From Aridibacter famidurans (GTDB lineage Bacteria; Acidobacteriota; Blastocatellia; Pyrinomonadales; Pyrinomonadaceae): a DNA stretch of 64,000 nucleotides. The translations under genes and the position numbers were made by a program. The notes beneath the pieces were generated by a model. The model ran no database searches, was not told the origin of the DNA, and saw only the letters and a list, made by a program, of their open reading frames with translations. Position 1 is the first letter of the stretch. Every line of letters starts with the position of its first letter. Positions 18,050 to 27,916 of the stretch are shown here, in pieces. The stretch covers positions 1,439 through 65,438 of the forward strand of contig JAGFIQ010000171.1 in the NCBI GenBank assembly GCA_024103495.1. The letters are read 5' to 3'.

Positions 18050-19135
18050 ATGTTCAAGAAGATCGGAGTCCTTACGGGTGGCGGAGACGCTCCCGGGCTG
18101 AACGCGGTGATCCGTGCGGCGGTCCGAACGGCCATCGGCGAGTTCGGACTCCGATGTATCGGCATCGAGGACAGCTTTGAGGGAATCCTCGGCGAGACGC
18201 AACTTAGGAAGCTCACGACAAAGACGGTCAGCGGGATACTTCCGAGGGGCGGGACGATCCTCGGGACCCGGAATAAGGGAAGCTTCTGCAAGATCATCGA
18301 CGGAAAGATGGTCGTGCCGGAAATGCCGATCGACGAGGCGCTCCGGAATCTGGAGCAGAACAAGATCGAGGCTCTGATCGTGATCGGGGGCGAGGGAACG
18401 CTCGCGATCGCGGAGCAGTTTCACCTCCGCGGATTTCCGGTCGTCGGAGTGCCGAAGACCATCGACAACGATCTGTCGGCGACGGAGCTGACGTTCGGAT
18501 TCAGGACCGCCATCGATATCGCGACCGAATCGCTCGACCGGCTGCATACGACAGCCGCCTCTCACGACCGAGTGATGATCCTCGAGGTAATGGGCCGCAA
18601 CTCGGGCTGGATCGCTCTCGAAGCGGGTCTTGCGGGAAGCGCCGACGTGATCCTGATACCGGAGATCCCGTTCTCATTTGATTCGATAGTGAAGAAGGTT
18701 TACGAGCGTGAAAAGCGCGGATCGCTGTTCACTAACATCGTCGTCGCCGAAGGTGCGACGGAGGTCGGCAAGAACGAGATCTACCTCGATGAAGAAGAGC
18801 TTAGGCTGGGGGGCGTCGGCGATTACGTCCGGATGAAGATCGAGGATATGACGGGGAAGGAATCCCGCTGCGTGGTGCTCGGACATCTTCAGCGGGGCGG
18901 AAGCCCGAACGCCTTCGACCGGATGCTCGGGACGAACTTCGGCGCCTGTGCTGTGCGGGCGCTCGTTACTGGAGAGCGCGGAAAGATGGTGGCTCTGAGG
19001 GCGGGTCGCGTCGTGACGGTACCGCTCGCCGACGCGATCGCGAACGTCAAGTCCGTAAATCCGGATGGTCAATTGGTCCGCACCGCGCGTGACATAGGCA
19101 TTTCGTTTGCCGCGCCCGACGAAGAAGATCACTGA
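18050..19135 (+). CDS. pfkA: 6-phosphofructokinase
   Basis: MFKKIGVLTGGGDAPGLNAVIRA, GVPKTIDND and MGR..G PFK family motifs. Confidence 0.9.
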   Translation: MFKKIGVLTGGGDAPGLNAVIRAAVRTAIGEFGLRCIGIEDSFEGILGETQLRKLTTKTVSGILPRGGTILGTRNKGSFCKIIDGKMVVPEMPIDEALRNLEQNKIEALIVIGGEGTLAIAEQFHLRGFPVVGVPKTIDNDLSATELTFGFRTAIDIATESLDRLHTTAASHDRVMILEVMGRNSGWIALEAGLAGSADVILIPEIPFSFDSIVKKVYEREKRGSLFTNIVVAEGATEVGKNEIYLDEEELRLGGVGDYVRMKIEDMTGKESRCVVLGHLQRGGSPNAFDRMLGTNFGACAVRALVTGERGKMVALRAGRVVTVPLADAIANVKSVNPDGQLVRTARDIGISFAAPDEEDH

Positions 19136-19178
19136 CATCGGGGCCGTGTCCGAAGCCCAAGCGTGAGCGCGGACTACC

Positions 19179-19718
19179 GTGGCCGAACAGGCACTGGAGC
19201 ACAAATTACAGGTAATCGGCGCCGCGCCCAACAATATTATGGAAAGTGTACGCGAGAAGCTGCGGGAAGAACTGAAGCAGCTGGAAGACGAGCTTCACCA
19301 CAAGCTCCCGAAAGAGATCCAGAAGGCGCGCGAGTTCGGCGACCTTCGAGAGAACGCGGAATACAAAGCCGCGCTCGAACGGCAGTCGATCGTGTCCGCA
19401 AGGATCGGACAGCTGCACACGAGGATCCGCGAGCTCGAATCTATCGACCTCGACAAGCTGCCGACCGACCGGATCGCATACGGTTCGAAGGTCGTCTTGT
19501 ACGACCTGGACCGCGATACGGAGGTCGAATACCGCCTCGTGTCCTCTGAGGAGAGCGATCCGGACAATGGCCTTATCTCAACGTCGTCTCCGATTGGGCA
19601 GGCACTGATGGGCAAGGAAGAGGGTGACGAGGTGCGCGTGAAGACGCCGAAAGGGCTCCGTAATTTCGAGATCGCCGAACTAGCGACGATCCACGACCTT
19701 GTCGACGAGGAAGAATAG
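19179..19718 (+). CDS. greA: transcription elongation factor GreA
   Basis: Coiled-coil N-terminal domain with the DLRENAEY acidic tip and a C-terminal GreA/GreB domain (SP.G.AL.G...GD). Confidence 0.9.
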   Translation: MAEQALEHKLQVIGAAPNNIMESVREKLREELKQLEDELHHKLPKEIQKAREFGDLRENAEYKAALERQSIVSARIGQLHTRIRELESIDLDKLPTDRIAYGSKVVLYDLDRDTEVEYRLVSSEESDPDNGLISTSSPIGQALMGKEEGDEVRVKTPKGLRNFEIAELATIHDLVDEEE

Positions 19719-19758
19719 GCTTGCCGCGGGCAGTTCGCCCGCCTGAAAGTCCGTTAAA

Positions 19759-20394
19759 ATGTTTGGCGCCAGCATCGGTAGAGGTGCAAAAAAGATCATC
19801 GACGCCATGGTCCGCGGTTTGGCCCAGAGCGGCGTCCATCCGAACATCCTTACGGTGATCGGCGTTTTCATCAGCGTCGCTTGCGGGATATTGTTCGGGA
19901 TCGGCGAGTTCTTCTGGGCCGGGATCGTACTGATCGTCGCCAATCTTTTCGATATGCTCGACGGGAACGTCGCGCGGGTAACTGGGAACGTCACGAAGTT
20001 CGGAGGGTTTCTCGATTCCTCGCTGGACCGGATCTCGGACATGATCGCCTTCATCGGGATCATGGTGTTCTACGCCAGCAACACACCGCAAAGGTCCGTG
20101 ACGAACGTGTTTCTCGCCGGGCTTGCGATGATGTCTTCGGTAATGGTCAGTTACACGGCTGCCCGGTCCGACAGCCTCGGTGTTAAAGCGAACGTGGGCT
20201 TTCTTCAGAGGCCGGAGAGGATCGTGCTGCTGATCATCGGCGCGCTTTCGACGTGGGATTGGAATTCCGATTTCTTCCTGTTCAACCGCATGCCGCAGGT
20301 GCTCTGGGTACTCGCGATCGGTTCGACGTGGACCTTTATCCACCGTATGATCCATACCTGGAAGGAGTTCAGGAAGCTCGAAGGAAGGGACTGA
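19759..20394 (+). CDS. CDP-alcohol phosphatidyltransferase family protein
   Basis: Signature DMLDGNVARVTGNVTKFGGFLDSSLDRISD (D-G-x2-A-R-x8-G-x3-D-x3-D) with multiple TM helices. Confidence 0.85.
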   Translation: MFGASIGRGAKKIIDAMVRGLAQSGVHPNILTVIGVFISVACGILFGIGEFFWAGIVLIVANLFDMLDGNVARVTGNVTKFGGFLDSSLDRISDMIAFIGIMVFYASNTPQRSVTNVFLAGLAMMSSVMVSYTAARSDSLGVKANVGFLQRPERIVLLIIGALSTWDWNSDFFLFNRMPQVLWVLAIGSTWTFIHRMIHTWKEFRKLEGRD

Positions 20395-20441
20395 AGCGCT
20401 GCACCTTTCCCGGGGCGAGAGCCTAGGCTCGCTTTGCAAAG

Positions 20442-20867
20442 ATGGAATTTCTTTTCGATTTCTGGAACTCGCTGGGCTGGGGCAGCATTCTGCTGGGCGT
20501 CGGGGTTTTCCTCCTTTCGGTCGCGATCAGTTACGTGGCGATCGTTGTCGTTGTTGTGAAGCTCCCGCAGCATTATTTCAGCCCTCATTACAAGGAAGAG
20601 CTTGACCCCAACAAGCCTTGGCTTGTGAGATGGGGCGCTGTGATCCTTAAGAATCTGCTTGGAGTGTTTCTCATCTTGCTCGGACTCGCGCTTTCGCTCC
20701 CGGGTGTTCCTGGGCAGGGGATCCTAACGATCCTCCTGGGGTTGATAATGCTCGACATCCCGGGTAAAAGGCCGTTTGAGGCAAGGATAGTAAAAAGGCC
20801 GCGAGTGCTTTCCGCGATCAACCGGCTGCGCGCAAGGCACAATAAACCGCCGCTAGTGATGGATTGA
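20442..20867 (+). CDS. small membrane protein (PGPGW-like transmembrane family, tentative)
   Basis: 141 aa with three to four hydrophobic helices and an LPGVPGQGILTILLG motif. The family assignment is from memory only. Confidence 0.5.
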   Translation: MEFLFDFWNSLGWGSILLGVGVFLLSVAISYVAIVVVVVKLPQHYFSPHYKEELDPNKPWLVRWGAVILKNLLGVFLILLGLALSLPGVPGQGILTILLGLIMLDIPGKRPFEARIVKRPRVLSAINRLRARHNKPPLVMD

Positions 20868-21157
20868 GGATGGGACTACTGGACAGGTTCCGCCGCGCAA
20901 AGGATGAAGATCCTGAGGCAACGCGAAGGAACCTCTTGATGGAAAAGGGAAGACTGACGGACGGCATCGTGATCGGGGTCGAAAGCGACGGCGGCCGCCC
21001 TATGGTGCGCTATGAGTACAGTGTGCAGGGTGTGGAGTTCGAAAGTTGCGAATATCTGACCACGGAACAAGAAAAAAAGGTCGACGAGTTTGCTCCCGGC
21101 GCCAACGTCGGCGTGAGGTACGACCCCAGGAATCACAGCAATTCGATAGTTGTCTAG
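20864..21157 (+). CDS. hypothetical protein (DUF3592-like beta-rich domain, tentative)
   Basis: 97-aa ORF overlapping the upstream stop by 4 nt (ATGA coupling), with coding-like GC3. Confidence 0.45.
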   Translation: MRMGLLDRFRRAKDEDPEATRRNLLMEKGRLTDGIVIGVESDGGRPMVRYEYSVQGVEFESCEYLTTEQEKKVDEFAPGANVGVRYDPRNHSNSIVV

Positions 21158-21169
21158 AGTCCGGGGATT

Positions 21170-22678
21170 ATGTTCAAGAAGATCCTGATAGCCAACAGAG
21201 GCGAGATCGCCGTGCGGATCATTCGCGCCTGCCGCGAAATGGGCATCGAGACCGTCGCGGTCTATTCCGAGCCGGACGCTGACGCGCTCCACGTGCGCCT
21301 CGCCGACGAGGCGGTCCTGATCGGCCCGGCGAAGTCCGCCGACAGCTACCTGAGGGCCGATAAGATCATCGCGGCCGCCAAAGACACAGGCGCGGAAGCG
21401 ATCCATCCGGGTTACGGATTCCTCTCGGAAAATGCCGTATTTGTTCGGCAGGTCACCGATTCCGGCCTCGTTTTCATAGGCCCAGCGCCCGAAGCAATGG
21501 AAGCGATGGGTGGAAAGATCTCCGCCCGGAAGATCGCGATCGAAGCCGGAGTGCCGGTCGTGCCCGGGACGACGGAGCCGCTGGCGTCGTTCGAAGAGGC
21601 GGAGAAGACCGCCGGGGAAGTCGGCTACCCGGTAATGCTTAAAGCATCCGCAGGCGGTGGCGGAAAAGGCATGCGGCTTGTGAACGAGCCGAAGGAACTG
21701 AGGTCCGCATTCGAAACCGCCCGGTCCGAGGCTCTCGCGGGTTTCGGCGACGATTCGGTTTACATCGAGAAGGCGGTCGTAAAGCCCAGGCACATCGAGA
21801 TCCAGGTGTTCGGCGATTCCCACGGGAATTACGCGCACCTTGGCGAGCGAGAATGTTCGATCCAGAGGCGTCACCAGAAGGTGATCGAGGAATGTCCTTC
21901 GCCGATCAACGACGCCGACCTTCGTTCGCGTATGGGCGAATGCGCGGTGAAGGTCGCCGAGGCCGTCAAATATGTTGGCGCGGGGACCGTCGAGTTCCTC
22001 GTGTCGGATGTCGACCGTTCGTTCTATTTTCTCGAGATGAACACGCGTCTGCAGGTAGAGCATCCGGTTACCGAACTCGTGACGGGGATCGACATCGTAC
22101 GAGAGCAGATCAACGTCGCCGCGGGCAGGCCGCTTTCGTTCACTCAGGACGACATCGAGATGCGAGGTCACGCGGTCGAATGCCGCGTGTACGCAGAGGA
22201 TCCGGCCAACAATTTTCTGCCTTCGCCGGGGACGATCCGGAGGCTAAGGCTTCCGCAGGGGCCGGGAATCCGCGACGACGGCGGCGTTTACGAGGGCGCA
22301 GAGGTTTCGATCCACTATGACCCAATGATCTCGAAGCTTTGCGCGTACGGTCGCGACCGCGAAGAGGCGATCGACCGGATGAGAAGGGCGCTTCAGGAGT
22401 ACAGGGTCGAGGGCATAAGGACCACGCTGCCTTTCTTCCGCGAGGTGATGGACGATCCGGTGTTCTTGAGCGGCAAGCTGGATACGGGTTTTATCGGAGG
22501 GTTCAACGAAAGGAAGACGCAGAATACTCCTGACCAAACGGAGATCGATCTGGCCGCGATCGCCGCGGCGCTGGCATATACGGACGCCGAACGCGCAAGA
22601 TCGGCGGCCGCACCGGCATCGAGGACCGAGAGCCGCTGGACGGTAGCAGCCAGGATGGCGGGTCTTCGCAGCCGCTGA
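21170..22678 (+). CDS. accC: acetyl-CoA carboxylase biotin carboxylase subunit
   Basis: MFKKILIANRGEIAVRIIRACREMGI and an ATP-grasp core (GYPVMLKASAGGGGKGMR, EMNTRLQVEHPVTE). It has a ~50-aa C-terminal extension, and no accB is adjacent. Confidence 0.93.
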   Translation: MFKKILIANRGEIAVRIIRACREMGIETVAVYSEPDADALHVRLADEAVLIGPAKSADSYLRADKIIAAAKDTGAEAIHPGYGFLSENAVFVRQVTDSGLVFIGPAPEAMEAMGGKISARKIAIEAGVPVVPGTTEPLASFEEAEKTAGEVGYPVMLKASAGGGGKGMRLVNEPKELRSAFETARSEALAGFGDDSVYIEKAVVKPRHIEIQVFGDSHGNYAHLGERECSIQRRHQKVIEECPSPINDADLRSRMGECAVKVAEAVKYVGAGTVEFLVSDVDRSFYFLEMNTRLQVEHPVTELVTGIDIVREQINVAAGRPLSFTQDDIEMRGHAVECRVYAEDPANNFLPSPGTIRRLRLPQGPGIRDDGGVYEGAEVSIHYDPMISKLCAYGRDREEAIDRMRRALQEYRVEGIRTTLPFFREVMDDPVFLSGKLDTGFIGGFNERKTQNTPDQTEIDLAAIAAALAYTDAERARSAAAPASRTESRWTVAARMAGLRSR

Positions 22679-22717
22679 GCGATAGTCGACTCGGACGTCG
22701 AATAGTAAAGGCAAGTT

Positions 22718-22936
22718 ATGGAAGAGCTTCTGAAAGGATTTGAGGGAAAGAAGATAGACGTGTCGTTCGGCAATACTTCGGTGGTCCGGGGAAGGGTCGC
22801 GAACGTCTCGGACGGAATACTGAGTCTGGACGACGAGGAAGGGAACTGCGTTTTTGTCGCCATCGACAAGATCGTGTTCTTTGTCGAGGTGAAGGACTCG
22901 GAAAAGAAGCCCGGATTTGTTAGCAAGTTGGATTGA
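22718..22936 (+). CDS. hypothetical small protein
   Basis: 72-aa ORF with coding-like codon usage, beta-rich and possibly Sm-like. I recognise no family. Confidence 0.4.
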   Translation: MEELLKGFEGKKIDVSFGNTSVVRGRVANVSDGILSLDDEEGNCVFVAIDKIVFFVEVKDSEKKPGFVSKLD

Positions 22937-23114
22937 GGTGTGGGGCGTTTCCGGCAAGGCGCTCCACAATACTCTTCTTTTCGCGGAGGCTAAGCCTCCG
23001 CGGAGATCGAATCAGCCGCCGCGCCCGGTAAGCCGGAGGCTTACCGCACACAGGGGCGGCGGAGCCGCAGGAACGATCACATCACCGACAACGAAGCCGG
23101 TGATCGTGCACAAA

Positions 23115-23147
23115 GTGAAAAAAGGCCGCCATTTGACAGGCGGCCTT
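23115..23147 (-). terminator. Rho-independent terminator after the NlpC/P60 gene
   Basis: Minus strand: aaggccgcc-tgtcaaat-ggcggcctt followed by tttttt. Confidence 0.7.
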
Positions 23148-23169
23148 CTTGCTTCAAATTGATCTAGCT

Positions 23170-23847
23170 CTAAAACTCGGGCTTGTCGAACACAAGTGCG
23201 CTCAAAGGCACTCGCCTGTAGCCCACGATCCTCTTTTCCCAGTAGCCCTCGAACTTCGAATACGTCACTCCTTTACTCGTCGAAGCGTGATAGAAGCCGT
23301 TCTTGTCCACGACGATCCCGACGTGTCCCAGGCGGTTGAAAAAGACCAGAGTTCCGAACTGGTAGCGGTCGTCGCCTTCGACAGGCTCGAACGTCCGCCA
23401 ATACTCTGCAGCGCTGGTTCGCGTGAAGGGAAGCCCCGCTTCCTCAAACACCTTCCAGACAAATCCGGAGCAGTCGTACGTATTCGGTCCCTGCGAACCG
23501 TAAACGTATCGAAGTCCCAGCTTGTCCCGGATCGAATTGAGCATCATCGCCCGGACGGTTGCGTTATAGAAACCGGAGGACTTCTTTGCGGCGGCCGTCG
23601 AGGACGAAGAACCCGTCTTCTTGATCAGGGATCCTTCGTTCTGCGGTTCGCGGACGACGCGTATCTCGTTGGTAAGTCCAGGGCGGCGGTTCGCCGGCGT
23701 ACTCCTTTGCTCGGCGTTTCCCGTGTTGGTCTCTTCTACGACCCTTTCGCGGTCCTGAGCGGACGAAGTCGCAGAAAACACGAACAAGAAAAGAAACGGT
23801 ACGGCAAAAAGGAAGCGCAGCTTTCCGAAGGGTTCAGAAAAGTTCAT
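23170..23847 (-). CDS. NlpC/P60 (C40) family cell-wall peptidase with signal peptide
   Basis: YVYGSQGPNTYDCSGFVWKVF (catalytic Cys) and GHVGIVV (His). The N-terminus is a hydrophobic signal sequence. Confidence 0.85.
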   Translation of the reverse strand: MNFSEPFGKLRFLFAVPFLFLFVFSATSSAQDRERVVEETNTGNAEQRSTPANRRPGLTNEIRVVREPQNEGSLIKKTGSSSSTAAAKKSSGFYNATVRAMMLNSIRDKLGLRYVYGSQGPNTYDCSGFVWKVFEEAGLPFTRTSAAEYWRTFEPVEGDDRYQFGTLVFFNRLGHVGIVVDKNGFYHASTSKGVTYSKFEGYWEKRIVGYRRVPLSALVFDKPEF

Positions 23848-24237
23848 AGATTGAGCTGAATTCGGGAGGTCTTGCGGTTACTGCGGGATGAGGCAGCCTA
23901 TTTAGAGAAAAGCGCCAATGGGCTGATTGTTCCCAAGCCTGTGAGCGGCACCGCGTTTCGAATTGTATTTATTGTTTTCTTCTAAAAGACCTTGGGATTG
24001 TGACCCAGATCGCCTTCGAATGCAAGCGACGGGTAACAGTATAGCCTTTTAGCCGGGTGGGTTGGCAAGCGGAGGGGCGAACAATGGGTGAGAGAGACCC
24101 GGTCAATGACCGGGGACTTCGCTTCGCGAAGTCCCCGGATCTGCCTTCCATCTCCTTCTCCGACCCGCCGCCGTTCCTATGTTGTCCTTTGGATACTAAG
24201 TGACAGTGGCAATGAAAGAGATACTCCAGATTCCGGC

Positions 24238-24274
24238 CAATAAAAATGCGGGACCGCGTGAAAAGCAGTCCCGC
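24238..24274 (-). terminator. Rho-independent terminator after the A-type Fe-S carrier gene
   Basis: Minus strand: gcgggac-tgcttttcacgcg-gtcccgc followed by atttttatt. Confidence 0.65.
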
Positions 24275-24295
24275 AAAGGTCTGGCTGGAAGAAAT

Positions 24296-24652
24296 CTATG
24301 CCGAGAACGACGAGCCGCATCCGCAGCCGCCGGTTGCGTTGGGGTTCTCGAAAGTGAATCCGGAGCCCATCATGTTCGTTACGTAGTCGATGGTGATGCC
24401 GTTCAGGTACTGGGCGGAGAACATATCGACGAATAGCCTGATGCCGTCTCGATCGATGATGTGATCGCCCTGGCGCGACTCTTCTTCTATGTTAAGGCTG
24501 TACTGAAATCCGGAGCATCCGCCCGGCACGACCCTGACCCTCAGGCCCGCCGTTTCGGGAAGATCGTCCTCGCCTTCCATGAACTTCCTGATCTCGGTGA
24601 CCGCCGACGGTGATACTACGAGTTCCAATTCGGGAGTTGCTACTGCTGACAT
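24296..24652 (-). CDS. A-type iron-sulfur cluster carrier (IscA/ErpA/HesB family)
   Basis: 118 aa with GCSGF and a C-terminal GCGCGSSF motif. Confidence 0.88.
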   Translation of the reverse strand: MSAVATPELELVVSPSAVTEIRKFMEGEDDLPETAGLRVRVVPGGCSGFQYSLNIEEESRQGDHIIDRDGIRLFVDMFSAQYLNGITIDYVTNMMGSGFTFENPNATGGCGCGSSFSA

Positions 24653-24908
24653 AATCTTCTTTGTTTCTCCTGATGATATCCAGATCCTTTCGAATCTTTA
24701 CTTAAAAGTGAATTTTAGCTCACACCTGCTGAATCTGCAACAAGGGGGAAACAGGATGCAAAGGATAGAAAAGATGAATGGGTCCGGTTGCTCAACTCTC
24801 CAGATCTCGCTCAACCCGGCACGAAGCCTAATATCTATGTGGCTCGCCGGATCACTTCGGTCCGGCCATCCTTTTCATCCTGTAAATCCTGTAATTTCTT
24901 TTCCGTAC

Positions 24909-25991
24909 TCAAGCCCTCGTCATCACCACCAGCTCGGGCTTCATAGCCTCGATCGATACCTGTCTTGCTACCTCTTCCGCTACCTTTCGGAATGCTTCCG
25001 CCTGTGGAGAGTCCGGATGAGAAACGACGACCGGAGTACCTGCGTCACCGCCCTCGCGGACCTCCAAGCCTATCGGGACCTCGCCAAGGAACGGCACGCC
25101 GTGGTCGTTGGCGAATTTGGCGCCTCCACCTTCGCCGAAGATGTTGTAGCGCTTGTCCGGCATATCGGGCGGAATGAAGTACGACATATTCTCGATCACG
25201 CCCAGCACAGGCACTGATACCTGCTCGAACATCGAAAAAGCGCGGGTCACATCTGAAAGCGAGACCTTCTGCGGCGTCGTCACAAGGATCGCGCCCTGGA
25301 CCGGCACAAGCTGGGCGAGCGAAAGCTGCACGTCTCCCGTTCCGGGAGGCATATCCACGATCAGGTAGTCGAGTTCGCCCCAAGCGACGTCCGCGAGGAA
25401 TTGCCGGACCACGCCGTGTAGCATAGGCCCTCGGAGGATCATCGGTTTGTCCGGCGGAACAAGCACGGCCATTGAAATGACCTTTACACCGTGCGCCTCG
25501 AGCGGGATCAGCTTGTTGCCTTCGCCGATCTCCGGCTGATTGCGGATCCCCAGCATTATCGGGATGTTCGGCCCGTAAACATCGGCGTCCATCAACCCGA
25601 CCTTCGCACCGTTCTGCGAAAGCGCCACGGCAAGGTTCACGGCCACGGTCGATTTCCCGACGCCGCCCTTTCCAGACGACACAGCGACGATGTTCTTCAC
25701 GCCCGGGACCGCCACGTTGTTCGCCACTCCGCGCCCTTTCGGGACGACCGCGTCCATTGTGACGTTCACGCTCGAGACTCCCTCGATCGATCCGACAAGC
25801 TGCCTCGCCTCCTGCTCGAAGGCGTCCTTCACGGGACACGCCGGAGTCGTGAGCACGATGCGGAACGAGACATCGCCGCCTTCGATCTTCAGGTCCTTGA
25901 TGAACTCGAGAGTGACGATGTCCTTCCCGAGGTCCGGATCTGTGATCTTCGAAAGTTGTTCAAGTACTTTGTCTTCTGTAATTTGACCCAT
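24909..25991 (-). CDS. apbC: Mrp/NBP35/ApbC family Fe-S cluster carrier ATPase
   Basis: N-terminal DUF59-like domain, deviant Walker [11 protein letters not shown] and a CPxC-type region. I chose the start at MGQITEDK (25991) because the 46 upstream codons of the track ORF are antisense to the divergent UDG gene. Confidence 0.9.
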   Translation of the reverse strand: MGQITEDKVLEQLSKITDPDLGKDIVTLEFIKDLKIEGGDVSFRIVLTTPACPVKDAFEQEARQLVGSIEGVSSVNVTMDAVVPKGRGVANNVAVPGVKNIVAVSSGKGGVGKSTVAVNLAVALSQNGAKVGLMDADVYGPNIPIMLGIRNQPEIGEGNKLIPLEAHGVKVISMAVLVPPDKPMILRGPMLHGVVRQFLADVAWGELDYLIVDMPPGTGDVQLSLAQLVPVQGAILVTTPQKVSLSDVTRAFSMFEQVSVPVLGVIENMSYFIPPDMPDKRYNIFGEGGGAKFANDHGVPFLGEVPIGLEVREGGDAGTPVVVSHPDSPQAEAFRKVAEEVARQVSIEAMKPELVVMTRA

Positions 25992-26001
25992 TGCCAAGTC
26001 C

Positions 26002-26652
26002 TTGCTGATTCGCTTTTGTAACCTTTCACGATACACTCTCGGTTGTATGAGTTCAACCAGGATGAAGAGCTTCGAGCGGCTCGCTTCGGAGGCAAGAAAG
26101 TGCGTCGTCTGCGAGTCGATGCGCGACAAGATCGCCGTCTTGAGCGAACTGAACGGGACGCTGAAGCCGAGGGCGTTCTTCGTTGCGGAGGCACCGGGAA
26201 GGCAGGGAGCCGACCGGACCCGGAAACCGTTTCACGGCGATAAATCGGGCGAGAATTTCCAGCTGTTCCTCGATTCGATCGGGCTGAAAAGGGAAGAGAT
26301 CTTCATCACGAACTCCGTGCTTTGCAGTCCAAGGAAACCGAACGGAGCGAACCGCAGGCCGCTTAAATCGGAGATGAATAACTGCTCGGGTTACCTTCGA
26401 AGAACGCTCGAGCTGATCGATCCGGGCCTCGTGGTGCCGCTCGGAAGCGTAGCGCTTGAGGCTCTCGGGATGCTCGAGCCGCACGGTTTGACACTCAGGG
26501 ACGATGTTGGAAAAGTTGTAGTATGGAACGGCCGCGAGCTTCTGCCGCTTTATCATCCGAGCCCGCAGGTGATCGCTTCGACGAGGAACATCGAGGCGCA
26601 GCTGAGGGATTATGAAGTTCTGGGCAAGGCTCTGAAGCGTCTGGGATTGTAA
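26002..26652 (+). CDS. uracil-DNA glycosylase superfamily protein (family 4/5-like)
   Basis: C-x2-C (CVVCES), AEAPG...G..PF.G..G motif and a C-terminal HPSP motif. The true start is probably ATG 26047 or 26062. Confidence 0.75.
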   Translation: MLIRFCNLSRYTLGCMSSTRMKSFERLASEARKCVVCESMRDKIAVLSELNGTLKPRAFFVAEAPGRQGADRTRKPFHGDKSGENFQLFLDSIGLKREEIFITNSVLCSPRKPNGANRRPLKSEMNNCSGYLRRTLELIDPGLVVPLGSVALEALGMLEPHGLTLRDDVGKVVVWNGRELLPLYHPSPQVIASTRNIEAQLRDYEVLGKALKRLGL

Positions 26653-26657
26653 AACTT

Positions 26658-27653
26658 ATGGGAAAGCTGGACAAGGCATTCAGGGAGAGCTTCGATCTGG
26701 AAGCGTACACGTCGGTCCGCGACGAAGGCCGTCCGTGGATCTCGCGTGAAGCCAGAGGAATCATTGCAGTCTCCGGGACAGAAGCGGGGCAGTTCCTGAA
26801 CGGGATGATCACGAATGACATCGCGAAGCTCGAAGAGGGCTCGGCGATGCTCGCCGCGTTCCCGAACGCGAAAGGCAGGCTGATAGCGGTCGTCAGGGTC
26901 AGCAATGAGGGCGGCACGTTTATCTTCGAGACCGAGGAAGCGACCTATCAGACAGTGCTTGCCAACCTGGAGAGGTTCACGCTTGCCGGCGACTTCAGGG
27001 TCGAGGACCTCACCGAAAAGTTCAGGTTAGTTTCGGTACGCGGAAGTAGTGCAGCCGATGTTGTGGAAAGCGTCCTGGGCGGCCGGCCGGAAATCGATTG
27101 CGGCGTAACAGTGTACGAGTTCCTCGAGGACCCGGTCATCTGCCTTCCTTCGGTGCGAACGTCGGGCTTCGACCTGCGAGTGCCCGCCGTGAACGCGGAC
27201 GACCTCTCGGAAACATTGATGAACGCGGGCGCTGTAGAGCCGGAGGGGCCGCTTGCGGAAGTGCTCAGGATCGAGAGCGGGATCCCCAGGTTCGGCATCG
27301 ATATGGACGGCGAAACCGTCGTCCCGGAAATCGGGCTCGAAGGGTTGATCAGTTACCAGAAGGGCTGTTACATCGGTCAGGAAGTGATCGCCCGCATCCA
27401 CTTCCGTGGAAAAGTGGCGAAGGAACTGAAGGGATTAGTGTTCGACGCGCCTGAAGCGCTGGTGAACAAAGGGGACGAACTGCTTTCGCAGGAAGGAAAG
27501 AACGCCGGCGTCGTCACGTCGAAGGCATACTCACCTAAATTGGAGAAACACATCGCGATGGCCTACGTCCGCAGCGCGTTCGCGGACAACGGTACGGAAC
27601 TGAGGATCGGGCATCAAACGGCGAGGGTCTCCGACCTGCCGTTCATTGCCTGA
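26658..27653 (+). CDS. ygfZ: folate-binding YgfZ/GcvT-family protein (Fe-S cluster repair/assembly factor)
   Basis: GcvT-like fold sequence with the K-G-C-Y-x-G-Q-E motif (QKGCYIGQEVIARI) diagnostic of YgfZ. Confidence 0.8.
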   Translation: MGKLDKAFRESFDLEAYTSVRDEGRPWISREARGIIAVSGTEAGQFLNGMITNDIAKLEEGSAMLAAFPNAKGRLIAVVRVSNEGGTFIFETEEATYQTVLANLERFTLAGDFRVEDLTEKFRLVSVRGSSAADVVESVLGGRPEIDCGVTVYEFLEDPVICLPSVRTSGFDLRVPAVNADDLSETLMNAGAVEPEGPLAEVLRIESGIPRFGIDMDGETVVPEIGLEGLISYQKGCYIGQEVIARIHFRGKVAKELKGLVFDAPEALVNKGDELLSQEGKNAGVVTSKAYSPKLEKHIAMAYVRSAFADNGTELRIGHQTARVSDLPFIA

Positions 27654-27664
27654 ATTGATCGAGA

Positions 27665-27916
27665 ATGGAAGAACTGAAAGACCTGGAAAGACCGCAGGCT
27701 CAGCTTGCGTACACGATCATACAGTCGCTCTTGAAAGGGCACGAGGCGCTGAGCGACCTTCTTGTCGTGATGTCCCACGCTCTCGACGAGGACGTCGTAA
27801 AGGCGCTGACGAACACAAGCGAATGGGAGAGCTATCTGGAATCCAAGCGCGAGCTTGAGAACACGAAGAAGCAGATCGAGAAGTTCACGGAGTTGCTGAA
27901 GGACCTTGAGGAATGA
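27665..27916 (+). CDS. hypothetical small helical protein
   Basis: 83-aa ORF 11 nt after ygfZ, acidic and coiled-coil-like. I recognise no family. Confidence 0.45.
   Translation: MEELKDLERPQAQLAYTIIQSLLKGHEALSDLLVVMSHALDEDVVKALTNTSEWESYLESKRELENTKKQIEKFTELLKDLEE

Noticed and set aside
20876-22171. Long antisense ORFs opposite well-supported genes: 20876..22171 (opposite accC), 38725..40032 (malic enzyme), 55857..57206 and 56408..57430 (BrxC-like gene), 9960..10907 (molybdoenzyme), 4310..5200 (korB), 49175..50266 (hflX and the HD hydrolase), 23149..23859 (NlpC/P60), 52785..53657 (M48), 59813..60640, 7022..7807 and 62550..63248.
   Set aside because: Their products are Arg/Pro/Gly/Asp-rich and low in complexity, with no recognisable motifs, while the opposite strand encodes proteins with clear family signatures. 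Stop-free antisense frames are expected in GC-rich DNA.
25992-26129. The 46-codon N-terminal extension of the Mrp/ApbC ORF (track start 26129).
   Set aside because: It overlaps the divergent UDG gene in antisense. [13 protein letters not shown] is a typical Mrp N-terminus, so the start is set at 25991.
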